From assembly GCA_043228905.1 (NCBI GenBank), contig JBHGNT010000017.1, positions 14,198,001 to 14,262,000 on the forward strand: 64,000 bases of DNA. The letters run 5' to 3'. Positions 35,160 to 50,500 of the stretch are shown piece after piece; the first letter of the stretch is position 1, and each line of letters starts with the position of its first letter. The position numbers and the translations under genes are program-made. This DNA comes from Azolla caroliniana (lineage: Eukaryota; Plantae; Polypodiophyta). The notes below the pieces were generated by a model. That model saw only the letters and a list, made by a program, of their open reading frames with translations, was not told the DNA's origin and made no database searches.

Positions 35160-38100
35160 TGACGGGAACTCAACGCTCCTTATGCACAACGCTCGGCCAC
35201 AACCGAGCTTAGAATCATACACAAAAAACAGGAAACGGAAAACACGACACAAAGGAGAGAAAAGGTAAACAGGATGTTTACGTGGAAAACCCAGACTAAG
35301 GGAAAAACCACGGCAGCCCACAGGCTGCAAACTATCACTATGTTGGAATGTACAAACAGTGAGTTCACGGAGGCAACGACCTCGTGCTCACGATCTTCGC
35401 CACAGGCGGCGGTTACAACAGAGGCAACGACCTCTTTCTCTCTCTCTCTCTCTCGTTGTACACTGTTACATGCTCTCTCTTCTTCTTGCACCAACAAGAA
35501 ATGACAACAACAACAGTAACTAAAAGTTTGCCCTAAGTCATATTTATACTAATATGACTTTTCGGCTATTTACAAATATAGCCTCGATGGACTCTCAGAA
35601 ACATATTTACGAATATGTCTCTTCATCCGATGAGCATTCCTCACCGGGTCAGCACCATCCGGCTCTCCGTAGCCGGGTACTTCTCATCCGGTTCTCACCG
35701 GGTCAACACCATCTAGCTCTCTGTAGCCAGGGTACTCCTCATCCGGATCTCACTGGGTCTGCACCATCCGGCTCTCCGTAGCCGGGTACTCCTCATTCGG
35801 TTCTCACCGGGTCTGCATCATCCGGCTCTCCGTAGCCGGGTACTCCTCATCCGGTTTTGGCCTCGACACTATTCTTCTCTCTTCCCATCCGGAGGGACCT
35901 GTCTCCCAACAAACTCCCCCTTCACTCCGGCATGGGGTGTCCTACCAGTCCGATCCGCTTCCGGCATGCATCCAGTTTGTCGGGTATCGAACTTTGGTCA
36001 GCATATCTGACCCGTTCTCGGCCGTGTGGATCTTCGACAGTGCGAACTCCTGGTCATCTACCCTTTCCCGGATCCAGTGATACCTTCGCTGGATATGCTT
36101 CGTCCGGGAATGGTAGGCCGCATTCTTAGCAAGGTGGATGGCACTTTGACTGTCGCAATAGAGGCGGTATTCATCTTGCCGAATACCGAGCTCTCCGATG
36201 AAGTCCTTCATCCATAATATTTCCTTGCCGGCTTCCACAGCCGCCATGTACTCCGCCTCCGTGGTTGACAATGCAACCATCTTCTGCAGCCTCGACTGCC
36301 ACGAAACAGCTCCCCCTGCATATGTCATTACATACCCGGATGTAGACCGGCTGGTATCCACATCAGCCGACATGTCCGAATCGGTAAAACCGTCAAGTTG
36401 AGGTTTTCCGGAGCCGAATCGGAGACACATATTTGAAGTGCCCTTCAAATACCGGAGTATCCATTTGACCGCGTTCCAGTGCTCCTTGCCGGGATTGCTC
36501 ATGAACCGGCTCACCACTCCGACTGCGTATCCTATATCCGGTCGGGTACACACCATTGCGTACATCAAGCTCCCGACGACAGAGACATATGGAATCTTCA
36601 TCATATCCGCCTTCTCTGCTTTCGTCTTCGGGCTTTGCTTACCGGATAGCCTGCAGTTTGCCGGAAGTGTCGATTCGATTGGTTTCACTTCTGACATGTT
36701 GAACCGGTGAAGCACCTTTGTCACGTACTTCTCCTGTGACAGCCATAATTGCTTCTTTGACCGGTCCCGAATGATGTGCATCCCCAACATCTGTCTTGCC
36801 GGACCCAAGTCTTTCATTGAGAAGGTCCGGTTGAGAGCCTTCTTCAGCATTCGTATTTTGACTTGGTCACGTTCGACGATCAACATGTCATCCACGTACA
36901 GAAGGAGTATCAGGAAGTCGCCTCCTTCGAACTTCTTCACAAACACCCAGTGATCGGCCTGCGTCTTGTGGTACCCTTGATCGGTCATGAACGAATCGAA
37001 CTTCCGGTACCATTGTCGGGGAGCCTGCTTTAGTCCGTATAGGCTCTTCTTCAGCCGGCATACCAGGTGCTCCTTCCCTTTCTCCACAAATCCTTCTCGT
37101 TGCTGCATGTAGATCTCCTCTTCGAGGTCGCCGTGAAGGAATGCCGTCTTCACGTCCAATTGCTCTACCTCAAGGTCCATGCTTGCCGCTATACTCAGCA
37201 CCGTCCGGATGGAGGTCATCTTTACAACCGGGGCAAATATCTCCTCAAAGTCCATGCCCTTTTTCTGCTGGAACCCCTTCACCACGATCCTGGCTTTGTA
37301 TCTCGGGGGGTTGCCGGCATCTCCCGGTTTCAACTTGTACACCCACTTGTTTCGGAGTGCCCGCTTTCCTTTCGGCAACTCCACCAATTCGTACGTATGA
37401 TTCTCATGCAAGGAATCCATCTCGTCCTGCATGGCACTTAACCATTTGCGGCTGTGGGTGTCATCCTTCGCTTCTTCGAAGCTTTTCGGCTCCCCCTCAT
37501 CGGTCAGCAGAACATGCTCTGCATCCGGAAATCTCTGGGGGGCCCTTCTCTCTCTGAGAGGATATCTCCGTCTTCGGGCTTCGGTAACCGGCTCCTCCAC
37601 TTGGTCTTCATCCGAATCCGATTCGGGGTCTTGGCCGGTTCCGGTTTCAGCTTCCACTACTTCTTCTTCAGCCTGTTCGGTATCCTCACCGTAACCGACT
37701 GGTCCCTCGAGTGCTAACCGGTCTCTTGCCGGTTGGGTCTGCTCATCGTAGAGTCGATCCTTACCGGTCGACTTGGAGTTCATTATCTTCTTCTCCGACT
37801 CCCAGTCGGCGAGCGTCTTGTCCTCCATGAAGATAATATCTCGACTCCGGAATACCTTCTTGTCGACCAGGTCCCACACTCGGTAACCGAACTCATCGTC
37901 ACCGTAACCGAGGAATATGCATGGCCGGGTGTTTGGATCTAACTTTCCTCTCCGGTCCTTAGCTACGTGCACGTACGCGAGACACCTGAATACCTTCAGA
38001 TGCCGGTAGGACACTTCCTTACCGGTCCAGACTCTCTGTGGCGTGTCTCCGTCCAAGGGTACTGAGGGTGATCTGTTTATCACGTATGTTGCTGTCGACA

Positions 38101-40781
38101 GTGCCTCAGCCCAAAACTTCTTGGGTAGTCTTGCATGCGCTAGCATACTCCGGACCCTCTCCATTATGGTCCGGTTCATCCTCTCGGCCAGTCCGTTTAG
38201 TTCCGGCGTCTTCGGCACGGTAAATTCGAGCCGGATTCCTTTCGAGCGGCAGTACTCCTCGAACTGCCCCCGGTATTCTCCTCCGTTATCTGCTCGAACC
38301 GCCTTCAGCTTCCGGCCGGTTTCTCTTTCCACTCTAGCGTGGAGCTCTTTGAAGACGGATAGCACCTGATCCTTCGTCTTCAGCGGTGTGGCCCACAACT
38401 TCCGGCTGTGGTCATCTATGAACGTCACGAAGTACTGCGCTCCGACATGTGACTTCGGGTCTACTTGACACACATCCGTATGCACCAACTCCAGTGGACC
38501 AGGTGCATTACGTCTCATCGGTGGCCTGGGTTGGAAGGAGGTCCGGTTTTGCTTACCGGCCAGACAATCAGTGCACTTCTCCAAGTGCACGTTCTTCACT
38601 AAAATGAGGTTGTCGTTTGCAAGCCTCTTCATCCCCTTCTCGCTCATGTGACACAACCTCTTGTGCCACAGCTCACTGGTAGTGTCGGATGCCATGTTCA
38701 CTTCTTCCGGACATAACCGGGCATTCATCAGGTACAATGTGTTGACCTTCCGGGCCCGAGCCACAATCAGGCCCCCTTTGCTGAACTTCATGACACCGTT
38801 CCGGATGCTACCCGTGTAGCCTTCATCATCTAGCCGACCGACTGATATCAGGTTCAGATGAACCTCTGGAACGTGTCGGACATCCTTCAGCAGCAACTTG
38901 CATCCGGTTGGTGTTTTCAGCCACACGTCTCCTATGCCGACAATTCAGCATGTACCTTCATTCCCCATCCGGACACAGCCGTGATCACCGACTGCGTAGA
39001 ATGAGAAGCATTTTCGGTCCGGGGTAAGGTGGAACGACGCTCCGGAGTCGACCACCCAGGTCATCTCGTTGCCGGCAAGGTTTATCTCACTCTCCTCGGT
39101 GATGAGCATCAACTCTTCTTCACTTGCCGTGATTGCCGTCGTTCCCTTCCGGTCCGGCCCCCTCCGGTCTTTACCGTTCTAGTCCGGGGTCCGCTTCGCA
39201 TTGGTACCGTCGGTTTCCTTGTCTTTTCAGAAATGGCGACAGTTCTTTTGGAAGTGTCCCGGCTTGCCGCAATAGAAGCAAGTGGGCCTCCCCCTTGACT
39301 TTGACCGTGTCCTCGACTTCTCCCGGTTCTGGGGACTACGGTTTCTATGTCTTCCGCGTTCCGATTCAGTAAGGAGCGCTTTGGAGTCGGAGTTCGTATC
39401 TTTATCTTTCCGACGCGCCTCCTCATCTAGCAAGCTCGACTTTACTCTTGCTAGGGATAACCGTTTTCCTTCCGGCCCGGCGTTGCCCAAAGTGACAACC
39501 AACGTCTCCCAGCTATCCGGGAGGGAACCGAGCAGGAGCAGCGCTAGTACCTCATCGGTGAGAGGTACTTCCAATGAAGTTGCCTATTGGATCAGCCCTT
39601 GGAAGGCATTCATGTGCTCCGCCATGCTGGAGCCATCTTGGTACCGGAGTCTTACTAGCTTCCAGAATACCGAAACCTGATTAACAACATTTTTGTTTTG
39701 AAACATTATGCCGATCTTCTCCCAGAGCTCATGAGCCTTGCTCTCTTCATTGAAGTTGTTGTATAGGCTCATGTCGATAAAGCACCGTATGTAAGCCGTT
39801 GTCTTCATGTGCATCACCTCCCATATCGCGGCGTCGATTTTGTCCTGTCTCTTGTCCCCAAACTGAACCGGTAGCCAGAGGTCTTTAACCACGAGCATGT
39901 CCCTTATCTTCGACTTCCACACTGAATAGTTGGAGCCGGTGAGCTTGAACATGCCGCCAAACGATTCGTCCATTTTCTGTGTCGTTTTGCTCTGATACCA
40001 CTTGACGGGAACTCAACGCTCCTTATGCACAACGTTTGGCCACAACCGAGCTTAGAATCATACATAGAAAACAGGAAACGGAAAACACGACACAAAGGAG
40101 AGAAAAGGTACACAGGATGTTTACGTGGAAAACCCAGACTAAGGGAAAAACCACGGCAGCCCACAGGCTGCAAACTATCACTATGTTGGAATGTACAAAC
40201 AGTGAGTTCACGGAGGCAACGACCTCGTGCTCACGATCTTCGCCACCGGCGGCGGTTACAACAGAGGCAACGACCTCTTTCTCTCTCTCTCTCTCTCGTT
40301 GTACACTGTTACGTGCTCTCTCTTCTTCTTGCACCAACAAGAAATGACAACAACAACAGTAACTAAAAGTTTGCCCTAAGTCATATTTATACTAATATGA
40401 CTTTTCGGCTATTTACAAATATAGCCTCGATGGACTCTCAGAAACATATTTACGAATATGTCTCTTCATCCGGTGAGCATTCCTCACCGGGTCAGCACCA
40501 TCCGGCTCTCCGTAGCCGGGTACTTCTCATCCGGTTCTCACCGGGTCTGCACCATCCGGCTCTCCGTAGCCGGGTACTCATCCGGATCTCACCGGGTCTG
40601 CACCATCCGGCTCTCCGTAGCCGGGTACTCCTCATCCGGTTCTCACCGGGTCTGTGTCATCCAGCTCTCCGTAGCCGGGTACTCCTCATCCGGTTTAGGC
40701 CTCGGCCTATCGGCCTCGACCGAGTTTGTTCATCGGCACTGTTCTTCTCTCTTCCCATCCGGAGGGACCTGTCTCCCAACA
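35160..40781 (-). mobile_element. Full-length Ty1/copia element B inserted in the 3' LTR of A; LTRs 35160-35911 and 40003-40781
   Basis: Highly similar LTRs with 54-bp internal tandem repeats, PBS TGGTATCAGAGC 39989-40000, PPT AGGGGGAGTT, TSD ATGAT/ACGAC (the uninterrupted site is ACGAC in the other A LTR). Confidence 0.93.
35942..39973 (-). pseudogene. Element B gag-pol (gag, zinc knuckle, PR, INT, RT, RH), nearly intact with a few stops
   Basis: ORFs 39584-39973, 39227-39574 and 35942-38926 (994 aa); CFYCGKPGHFQKNC, WVVDSGAS, VHTD..DNGGEY..AER, QLDVKTAFLHG, YVDDML, SDSDM..STTEAEY. Confidence 0.93.
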
Positions 40782-43700
40782 ACGACAAAGTATCGCTCTG
40801 TATCTCTCTCACCTTCTCGCTCTCTGTACAAAAGTTACAAGAGTATGACAACAACACAATCACACACTAAAGTGATTGCCCTAAGTCATATTTATAGTTA
40901 TATGAACTTAGGACTATTTAAAAATATACCCTCAATGGGCTTATTCAAGACATATTTACAAAATTGTTTTCTCTTCCGGTTCTCACCGGGTCGACTGATC
41001 CGGTTTCTGGATCTCTTCTGCTTCTCACTGGGTCTCCTCCGGTTTCCGGATCTCTTCCAATTCTCACCGGGTTCTCTTTATTCATCACCGGATCCCATCC
41101 GGAGAGACCGATTTCCCAACAATCTCCCCCTTCACTCCGGTATGGGATGTCTTGTGAGTTCGATCCGCTTTTGGCACGTGTCCAGCTTGTCGGGTGTTAG
41201 CACCTTGGTCAACATATCTGACCCGTTCTCCTCCGTGTGGATCTTCGTCAACACGAGCTCTCGATCTTCTACTCGCTCTTGGATCCAATGGTACCTGCAT
41301 TGGATGTGCTTCGTTCTGGAATGGTACATTGACTATCGCAGTAGAGTCGGTATTCCTCTTGCTGGATCCCTAGCTCTCCGATGAAGTCCTTCATCTATAA
41401 TATTTCCTTGCCGGCTTCCACGGCTGCCATGTACTCCGGCTCCATGGTTGACAACGCAACCCTCTTCTGCAACCTCGACTGCCACGAAACGGCTCCCCCT
41501 GCATAGGTCATGACATATTCGGAAGTTGACCGGCTGGTGTCCACATTAGCCGACATATCCGAATCGGTAAAGCCTTCCATGAGGGGTTTACCAAAACTGA
41601 ATTAGAGGCACATACTCGAAGTGTCCTTCAAGTAACGGAGTATCCATTTTACCGCATTCTAGTGCTCTTTTCCGGGGTTGGTCAGGAACCGACTCACCAC
41701 TCCGACTGCGTATCCAATATCCGGTCGAGTACACACCATTGCGTACATCAAGCTCCCGACCGCAAAGGTAAATGGAATCTTCACCATATCTTCCTTCTTT
41801 ACCTTTATCTTCGGGCGTTGCTTACCAGATAATCTGGAGTTTGCCGGGAGTGTTGATTTGACCGGTTTTGCTTCTAACATGTTAAACCGTTGAAGCACCT
41901 TTGTCACATACTTTTCCTGTGACAACCACAATTGCTTCTTCGACCCGTCCCAGATGATGTGCATCCCCAGTATCTATTTTGTCGGACCCAAGTCTTTCAT
42001 TGAGAAGGTCTGGTTAAGGGCCTTCTTCAACATCCGTATCTTGACTTGGTCTCGTCTGACAATCAACATGTCATCCATGTACAGGAGCAATATCAGGAAA
42101 TCTCCTCCATCAAATTTCTTCACAAACACGTAGTGATCGGCCTACGTCTTGTGGTACCCTTGATCGGTCATGAAGGAGTCAAACTACTGGTACCATTGCC
42201 AGGGAGCTTGCTTCAGTCCATATAACCTCTTCTTCAGCCGACACACTAGGTGCTCCTTTCCTTTCTTCTCAAATCCTTCCGGTTGATGCATGTAGATCTC
42301 TTCTTCGAGGTCTCCATGTAGGAATGTTGTCTTGATGTCCAGTTGCTCTACCTCAAGGTCCATGCTTGCCGCTATGCCCATTACCGTCCGGATGGATGTC
42401 ATCTTTACTACCGGGGCAAAGATCTCATCGAAGGCCACTCCTTTCTTCTGTTGGAAGCCCTTCACCACGATTCGGGCCTTATACCTTGGTGGATTTCCGG
42501 CGTCTCCCGATTTCAACATGTACACCCACTTGTTCCGAAGTGCCCTCTTTCCTTTCGGCAACTCCACCAATTCGTATGTGTGGTTCTCATTCAAGGAATC
42601 CATCTTATCCTGCATGGCACTCAACCACTTGCGGCTGTGGGTATCTCCCCTTGCTTCTTCAAAGCTTTCCGGTTCCCCCTCATCGGTTAGCAACACATGT
42701 TCTGCATCCGGAAATCTTCGGGGGGCTCTTTTCTCCCGTAGAGGATATCTCCGTCCTTGGTTTCTGACTGCTGGTTCCTCCTTTTGTTCCTCATTCGAAT
42801 CCGATTCGGGATCTTGTCTAGTTCCAGTGTCTTCTTCTTCTTCTTCTTCTTCTTCAGTCAGTTTGGTTTCCTGTCTGTATCCGGCCAGTTCGTCGAGTGT
42901 CATCCGGTTACCGACTAACATCCAGTTTTCAACCGGGTATATCCTTTTGTCCTCAAGCCGATTTTCAATGGATGATCCGGAGTTTGTTACCTTCTTATCT
43001 GACTCCCAGTCGGCAATGGTCCTGTCTTCCATGAAGACTATGTCTCGATTCCGGAACACCTTTTTATCGACCAGATCCCATACCTGGTAACTGAACTTCA
43101 TCGCCGTATCCAAGGAATATGCATGGTCGGGACTTCGGATCAAGCTTTGCTCTCTTGTCCTTCGCCACATGCACGTATACGAGACACCCAAACACCTTCA
43201 AATGCTGGTAAGACACATCCTTACCGGTCCATACTTTTTGCAGTGAGTCTCCGTCCAAGGGTACTGAGGGTGATCTGTTTATCACATAGGTTGCCGTCGT
43301 CAGCGCCTCAGCCCAAAACTTCTTGGGTAGCTTGGCATGTGCGAGCATACTCCAGACTCTCTCCATTATGGTCCGGTTCTTCCTTTCGGCCAACCTGTTT
43401 AGTTCCGGCGTCTTCGGCACAGTGAATTCGAGCCGGATTCCCTTCGACCAACAGTACTCCTCGAATTGCCCCCGGTATTCTCCTTTGTTATGTGCTCGAA
43501 CCGCTTTCAGCTTCTAGCCGGTTTCTCTTTCCACTCTCACGTGGAGCTCCTTGAAGACGGATAACACTTGATCCTTCATCTTTAACGGTGAGACCCATAA
43601 CTTCCGGTTGTGGTCATCTATGAACGTCACAAAGTACCGCGATCAAGCATGTGACTTCGTGTCTACATGACACACATCCGTATGCACCAGCTCCAACATC

Positions 43701-44516
43701 CAGCCGACCGGCTGATATCAGGTTCAGTCGAACCTCGGGAACGTGTCAGACATCCTTCAACAACAACTTGCATCCAGTTGATGTTGTCAACAACACATCT
43801 CCTATGCTGATAATCCGGCATGTCCCTTCATTCCCCATCTGGACATAGCCGTGCTCACCGGCTGTGTAGGATGAGAAGCATTCCGTTCCTGGGTAAGATG
43901 GAACGACGCTTCGGAATCGACAACCCACGTTGTCTCATCGACGACAAGGTTCAACTCACTCTCCTCGGTAATGAGCATTAGTTCTTCTTCACTTGCCACG
44001 ATCGCCGCCGTTCCCTTTCGGTCCGGGCCTCATCGATCCGAACTGTTTTAGTCCGGTGACTTCTTCAAATCGGTATTGGCAGTTCCCTTGTCTTTCCAGT
44101 AATGCCTACAGTTCTTCTGGAAGTGCCCCGGTTTGCTACAATAAAAGCAAGTGGGCCTGCCCCTTGACTTTGACCGTGTCCCCGACTTTTCCTGGTTTTG
44201 AGGACTTCCATTCCTTTGTCTTCCACGTTTCGATTTGGTTAGGAGGGCTTTGGTGTCGGAGATCACCTCCTTGTCTTTCCACCACGCCTCCTCATCTAGC
44301 AAGCTCGACTTGACTCTTGCTAGGGATAACTGTTTTCCTTTAGGCCCTACATTGCCCAATGTGACAACTAACATCTCCCAGCTATCCGGGAGGGAACCGA
44401 GCAGGAGTAGAGCAAGTACCTCATCGGCAAGAGGTACTTCCAACGAGGTTGCTTGGTGTATCAGCCCCTGGAAGGCATTCATGTGCTCCACCATACTGGA
44501 GCCATCTTAATACCGG

Positions 44517-47500
44517 TGTCACGAAATTACGACGAGGATACATGAAATTTGAGGCAAGACCTCGGGGCCTCCGACCGGAAGATATCAAATTCGTATGCTT
44601 ATATTAAACAATTAATGGAAAATGAGAAAGATTGACAAATTTCATTAATAAATAGAAAAGAAAAATTACAATCAATCCCAAGATTGGGATTACAAAAGTT
44701 TTAGCTTATGGAGATTACTAGAATAATAGATTAGAAAAAACTAAGATACGGATTCAATAGGAAAATTATATGGCTTCCATAGGGAAAATTAGGGTTTAGG
44801 ACTTCCGTAAGGAAATTTAGGATTCTTGGCTTCGATAAGATAAGAGAGCTTAGAAGGAAAAGAAAAAAAAATTAAGATAATATGGAGAGAGCATGAGTGT
44901 AGGAAAAAAAATGGAATTTTATATGGAGTTCTCCCTTGATCATCTGCATTTCCACTTTTTGTTGCATGGCCTCTACTTTTAGTTGCTTAGCTTTTTCTTT
45001 TAGTTGCATCTATTTTTATTTGCATGGCTTTTTCTTTTAATTGCATGCAACCGTCCATATGACCTTTACTTTTTGCATGCACTCCAACTTTAGTTGCTTG
45101 CGTCCACATGGCCTTAACTTTAGTTCTCTTCACTCTACTTTACCATCCGTCCGCGTCCAACCTTGTCCAATAGCCGGTTCTGCCCGATCGCCGAATCCCT
45201 CGCCACCCGATTCCAATTTTGCTTGCCGGCCGGTTTCCGGTTTGCATACCAGCCAGTTTACGGATTTGCTTACCGACCGATTTCCAGATTTGCTTACTAG
45301 CCAGTTTCCGGATTTGCTTGCTGGCCAGTTCCGGTTTTGCTTGCCAGTCGGTTCTTGTTCCGGTTTTGTTTACCGGCCGGTTTCCGGATTTGCTTACCGG
45401 TTGGTTTGCTTGCCGGTTCCGATTTTGCTTGACAGCCGGTTCCGGTTTTTGAGAACTTGGCCACCATCATCCATCAAGAAAAGTGGCCAAAGTGCTCTTA
45501 GCACAAATGAAAAATGAGGGAGCTCAAGGTGCTTATATAGCCAGGGCCTTAAATTTCCTATCTATGTGGGATAGTTCTAATTTCCCTATCTTCTCAAACT
45601 CCATTTTTATATAACTTGATATGTATTTCTCTATTTTGTATATAGTAAAATACGTTTTGAAGCTCTTTAGTATATCCATCTTTGTACAGTAAGATACTAA
45701 TCTAATCTATAATAATTATTTCATTATTTTTTACATAGTGTGTGAAGATTCACATGACATTCGCCCCCACCAAACTTGCACATCCACTGGTATGTGCCAA
45801 TTTTTGGTGATGCTCCACTTTTGTTTACTATACTTTTTCATCGATGCTTAAGACTGAATCGTCAAAAGCTTCGAATCCAATTTCTATTCTATCTCTTCTC
45901 TTGAAGATCTTGATTCTTTTACTGGCAATTGGCAAGGCAAGTGGTGTACCATCCAGTTCTACTAAATGATATGTTGCATTATCTTCCACTTTCTTCACCA
46001 CATATGGCCCAAACCATCGTTGTGAGAATTTTCGAGCCGTACTATGTTGGTTATCTAGGCTACTGTCATAGACTAGCACCCAATCTCCTTCAACGATTTT
46101 CCTCGTCCGAAGTCGATGTCATTTATCGAGGTCTTTCTTGTTCTTTATCCTTGCATTCTTTAGCTACGCTTTAGCCACCTCTATATCTTCCAAATTCCGC
46201 TCTAATTGTCGAATCCTCAATGCTAGAAGATCTTCTCTACTTATCTCATCTTGCCATGGCAATGCAAACCATGAAATAATACTTTGTTCTACAAGCATTA
46301 TTGGCTTTTGTCCGAATATGAGCTCTGTCGGCATGTATCCCGTCACCGTGCTATGAGTAGTCCTGTCAGCCCATAGTGCAAATGGCAATAGACGCGGCCA
46401 TTCTCCTATTTTTCCCATGGCAAGCTTTCACTAGAGCCTTCACAATCGGTCCATGTCCACGTTCCACATTCCCATTTGCTTCTGGATTATACGCCATGGT
46501 AAGATATAATTTGATTCCCATCCTCAAGAAGAATTCTCTAGCTTCATTGGCGTCCAACTCGCCTCTATCAGCCACTATCTTGCCGACGCATCCATATCTG
46601 CAAATAACATCTTCAAGAAGGAATCAACATACCGATGATGTCTCCTTAGTTCTTAATGCTCGCCCTTCAACTTGATTGGTAAGATCCTCTCTCGCGAGCA
46701 CAAGATACTTCATCTGCCATCGCCCCATTGGCATCATCATGATGTCCACCATCCACTTGTAATGCATAGCCAATGGGTAAGTCGGATGAAGTCCATCTTG
46801 ATGGCGAATATTCGAAAACATTTGACATTCCTTACATGTTTCCACATAAGCTGCTACATCTTTGTAGATGCCCGACAGCCAATATTTCTCCTTAAGCTTC
46901 GCAAACGTAGCCCATATTCCTCGATGGCCTGCAAAAACACTATCATGAAATTCAGACATTAGTTTTTGTTGGTCTTCTAGCTTGCAGACAACTCTCATCA
47001 GAGTCCCATTCTTCTTTTTTGCATGCCTCCAAAGAGCTCCATCCTTAAGGAAATACTTGTATGCCTTCTTCCGAATTCGATGGAAGTCTTCCGTCGACCA
47101 TGATTCATCTTTTTGGAGAGAACTCAAGTATTTCCCGATCTCCACGAATTCGCCTTCGTAGTCCTCTTCTATGAAAGTAGTCAACACCCGAGCGTAGGAA
47201 CTTGCAAAGAAATCCAAGCCAACATCATCTTCATCAGAATGTCGATCTTCTTCTCCGTCGTATCTCGCTCGTGATAGCATGTCTGCAACGACATTACGCT
47301 TCCCAGCTACATGACGGATCTCCGGGTTGAGTGATTTGATATATGCAATCCAACGCAACATGGCAATATCTGGTATATTACAACCAGATATCATACCCAA
47401 AATTGGCAGGCAATCTGTCTCAATTATGACTTCTGCTCCAATAAGGTAATCACGATCAGATTTGATTGCCGAGACGATTCCTCATAGCTCCCTCTTCACT

Positions 47501-50500
47501 TGGGCATACCTTCTTTGCCTGTCACTTAACACTTTCGCACCAAACCGAATTGCATATCGGTTGCAATCTTCATCTTCTTGGTTGATAACCCATCCAATTC
47601 CGATTGGACTAGTATCCACAGTCACGAAAATGGGCTTGCCGTATGAATAGTCCGCTTTCCGTAATGCAGGTGCCTCCATCAATAATTTCTTCAACCTTCG
47701 GATGGCGATTGTATGCTCGCTCGTCCATTCGAACATCCGCTTCTTCTTTAGTAGACCATATAATGGCTCAACAATGTGGGCATAGTGTGGAATCCAAATA
47801 TGATAGAATGCGCATGCTCCAAGGAACCTTCGAACCTCCGTTTGTGTTACGCATTCTTCTTTCACGTCTTGGATTGCATTCACCTTGGATGGCGAAGGCT
47901 TCCGATCGTATGCTCCACACAAGTGACCTACCACCAGGATATCCGATTGCCCGAATGTGGATTTTTCTCCCGAAAATGTCAAATTCACATCTTCGAGCCT
48001 TTGGAGCACCTTCTTGCAATCTTTCATATGATCCATGACGAACTTTCTACATCCATCCTTATCTTTTGATTCATCCTTCTCTTCATTTGAACATCCTTTT
48101 ATCAGGATATCATCTAAGAATGGCATCGTGATATCTGGGATGCAATCCTTCAAGACCTTGTTCATGGCATTCACCATATGAGCCACTGAGTTCGTTGTGC
48201 CTTGAGGTAAGGTACACATCCGCACCAACCTGATTGGAGTTCACATGGTTGTAATGTCACGATTGTCGACCGCCAACTGGATTTGATAGTAGCCAGAGTA
48301 GAGATCGTTGATGGAGTAGATGAACCGGCCCGCAAACGCCTCGGCAAATTCATCCACACTCGGACCGATTCCAGCATTCCGAATTGTCACCTTGTTGACA
48401 GGTTGAAGATCTTGAATGAATCGCAACGATCCATTCTTCTTTGGCACCGTGAACCATCTATTAGAATAAGGAGCGTTCGACGGTTCTAGAATTCCCATCC
48501 TCACCTTCTCCTTTAAGAGCTCGATCAGCTTCGGTAGGTGTGCTCGCGGAACCGGTATCAGTTTCAAATTCCAAGGCACATGCGGCACCATGAAGATCAC
48601 CATCGGTTCTACCGTCCTTGGATTACCACACCCGATTTCTTGTGGGAAAAACGCGAAAGCCTTCCCATGTCTTTCAAGCATTCCACGAAACATCCGCTCC
48701 TCTTCAGGGAGGAGGAAATCCTCCCTTCCAACTCGTAGCTTTCCCTTCGTCTCTTCAGTGAAAACTTGACCAATTGTATTTGGGTTCCTTAAGCTTGGAT
48801 CTTTTGCAACTTCCTTCATCTTTTGCCAGCTATCTTCCGGTAGCGGAACTGCAACTGGCTTGATCTTCCTATCCACGGTTTTATATTTTGTGTTGACTTC
48901 GGCTTCCTCTATCAAGATGCCTTGATGATATTCATCGATGATAGTATACATGTTGACGGAGTTAACCGAAATCACATGTTGATGATGAGGATAGCTCAAG
49001 TCCACGACTTCCTCGATTTCGCCGATGGTGTCGTTAAATGAGGCTTCCTCCAGAATATATGACACGAATTCTTCTTCTTCGATTATGCTTTCTTCTTTCA
49101 GCACCTCCTCAAAGTCTTGTATCTGACACTTTTCCTTCTTGTTGAGTAGTCTTAGTTTGCATGCGCCGCTAGGTGTGACGCATGTTGCTTCTCCCTTCAA
49201 TCCACACACTCTGCTTCCTTGTGGGGACTTATGATTGCTCGGGCAATTTGTGCCCCATGCTTCAATAGTTCTCTTTAAAAATCCGAGGATTCGCCTCCAA
49301 GGCTATCTCGGTTCCTTTCATGATTAGCTCGCACCATCAGGAATTGAACAGATCTTTTACTATCAAGACTCTTGACGCGCGCGAAGGCTGCTCCATTATC
49401 GAACACCTTGGTCTCCATCCGGGACGATGTTATATACGGTTGTCCGAGGATGATAGGATGCGAAGCCGAGTCTTGCACGAATAAGTGTTGATCAATCTCC
49501 ACATCCCCAATCGTGACTTTAACGTTGGGGCAAGCTCCGTACAAGTCCTCCATAGCCTTCGTCGTTGCTTGAATCTTCCATCCGTGGTTTGTATTAATCA
49601 GCCATCTTCCTTTCTTGTAGAACTCGGTCGACATGAGGTTGATCTCTGAGCCATAGTCAATCAAAGCGACCACGGTCTCTTTCTTCTCCCCGATCTTCAC
49701 CGGCGTCTCCGTTGTCGCTCTTGCCCAATGAGGCCGAGAGTAATGGCTATCCGCCACCACTTCTTCTTCTTCCTCCTCTTCCGATCTTGCCATGGTTGTT
49801 GCACTTGTTTTCACCTCCTCTTCATCAGATTGTTGCTGCTTCCTTTTAATAAGGTCCACGATAGTATCATGGAACTCCTTCTTCGCGATCCCAAGTAGCT
49901 CTCTCAAGGTAAGGTCGACATGACTGTCTAAAACCTTCTCCTCAAGGACCTTCCGCAAGTTAGTTGTTTGTTCTATGTTTGACCTTAGCTTGTAAGTCGG
50001 TGCCGCTCGTTCTTTTCCTTTCTTCGTTGATTCTTCGACTTCCATCCGAGCAGGTTGGGTTGATCCACTGGGCTTCATGTTTGTTTCACCAATCTCTTTT
50101 CTTGGGATAGGTTGGGGTGGCCCTTCTTTCCCTCCGTTCCTCGTGTTAGGACGCTTTGATGTGCCATCTTCTTCACCGGTTCTTTTCCTCTTCTCTTCGA
50201 CAAGGGCTTCATAGGTGTCACACACAACCTCCGCAAAGCTTGTGTTTTCGTCGATTGGATCTGACCATCTGGTAGCTCGTCGCATGTTTCGGTCAGCAAG
50301 TTTTAGATCCTTCGAATTGATTTTGCCTTTTCCTTCGCACTTGAAGACCGTTGGCCAAAACCCAGCTCTTGGCTTGATCATTTTAAGATTCTCTTTTCCA
50401 ACTCGTATCCCAGCCGAAGCGGCATAGTGCATAGTCTCCACATGCCTTGCAACTTCTTCTTCTACAATCTTTTTCAGCCCACCTCTTCCGATGTTCACTC

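Noticed and set aside
40397-41384. Long repetitive ORFs (157 aa, 308 aa) on the plus strand
   Set aside because: Products of 54-bp LTR tandem repeats and antisense Copia sequence.
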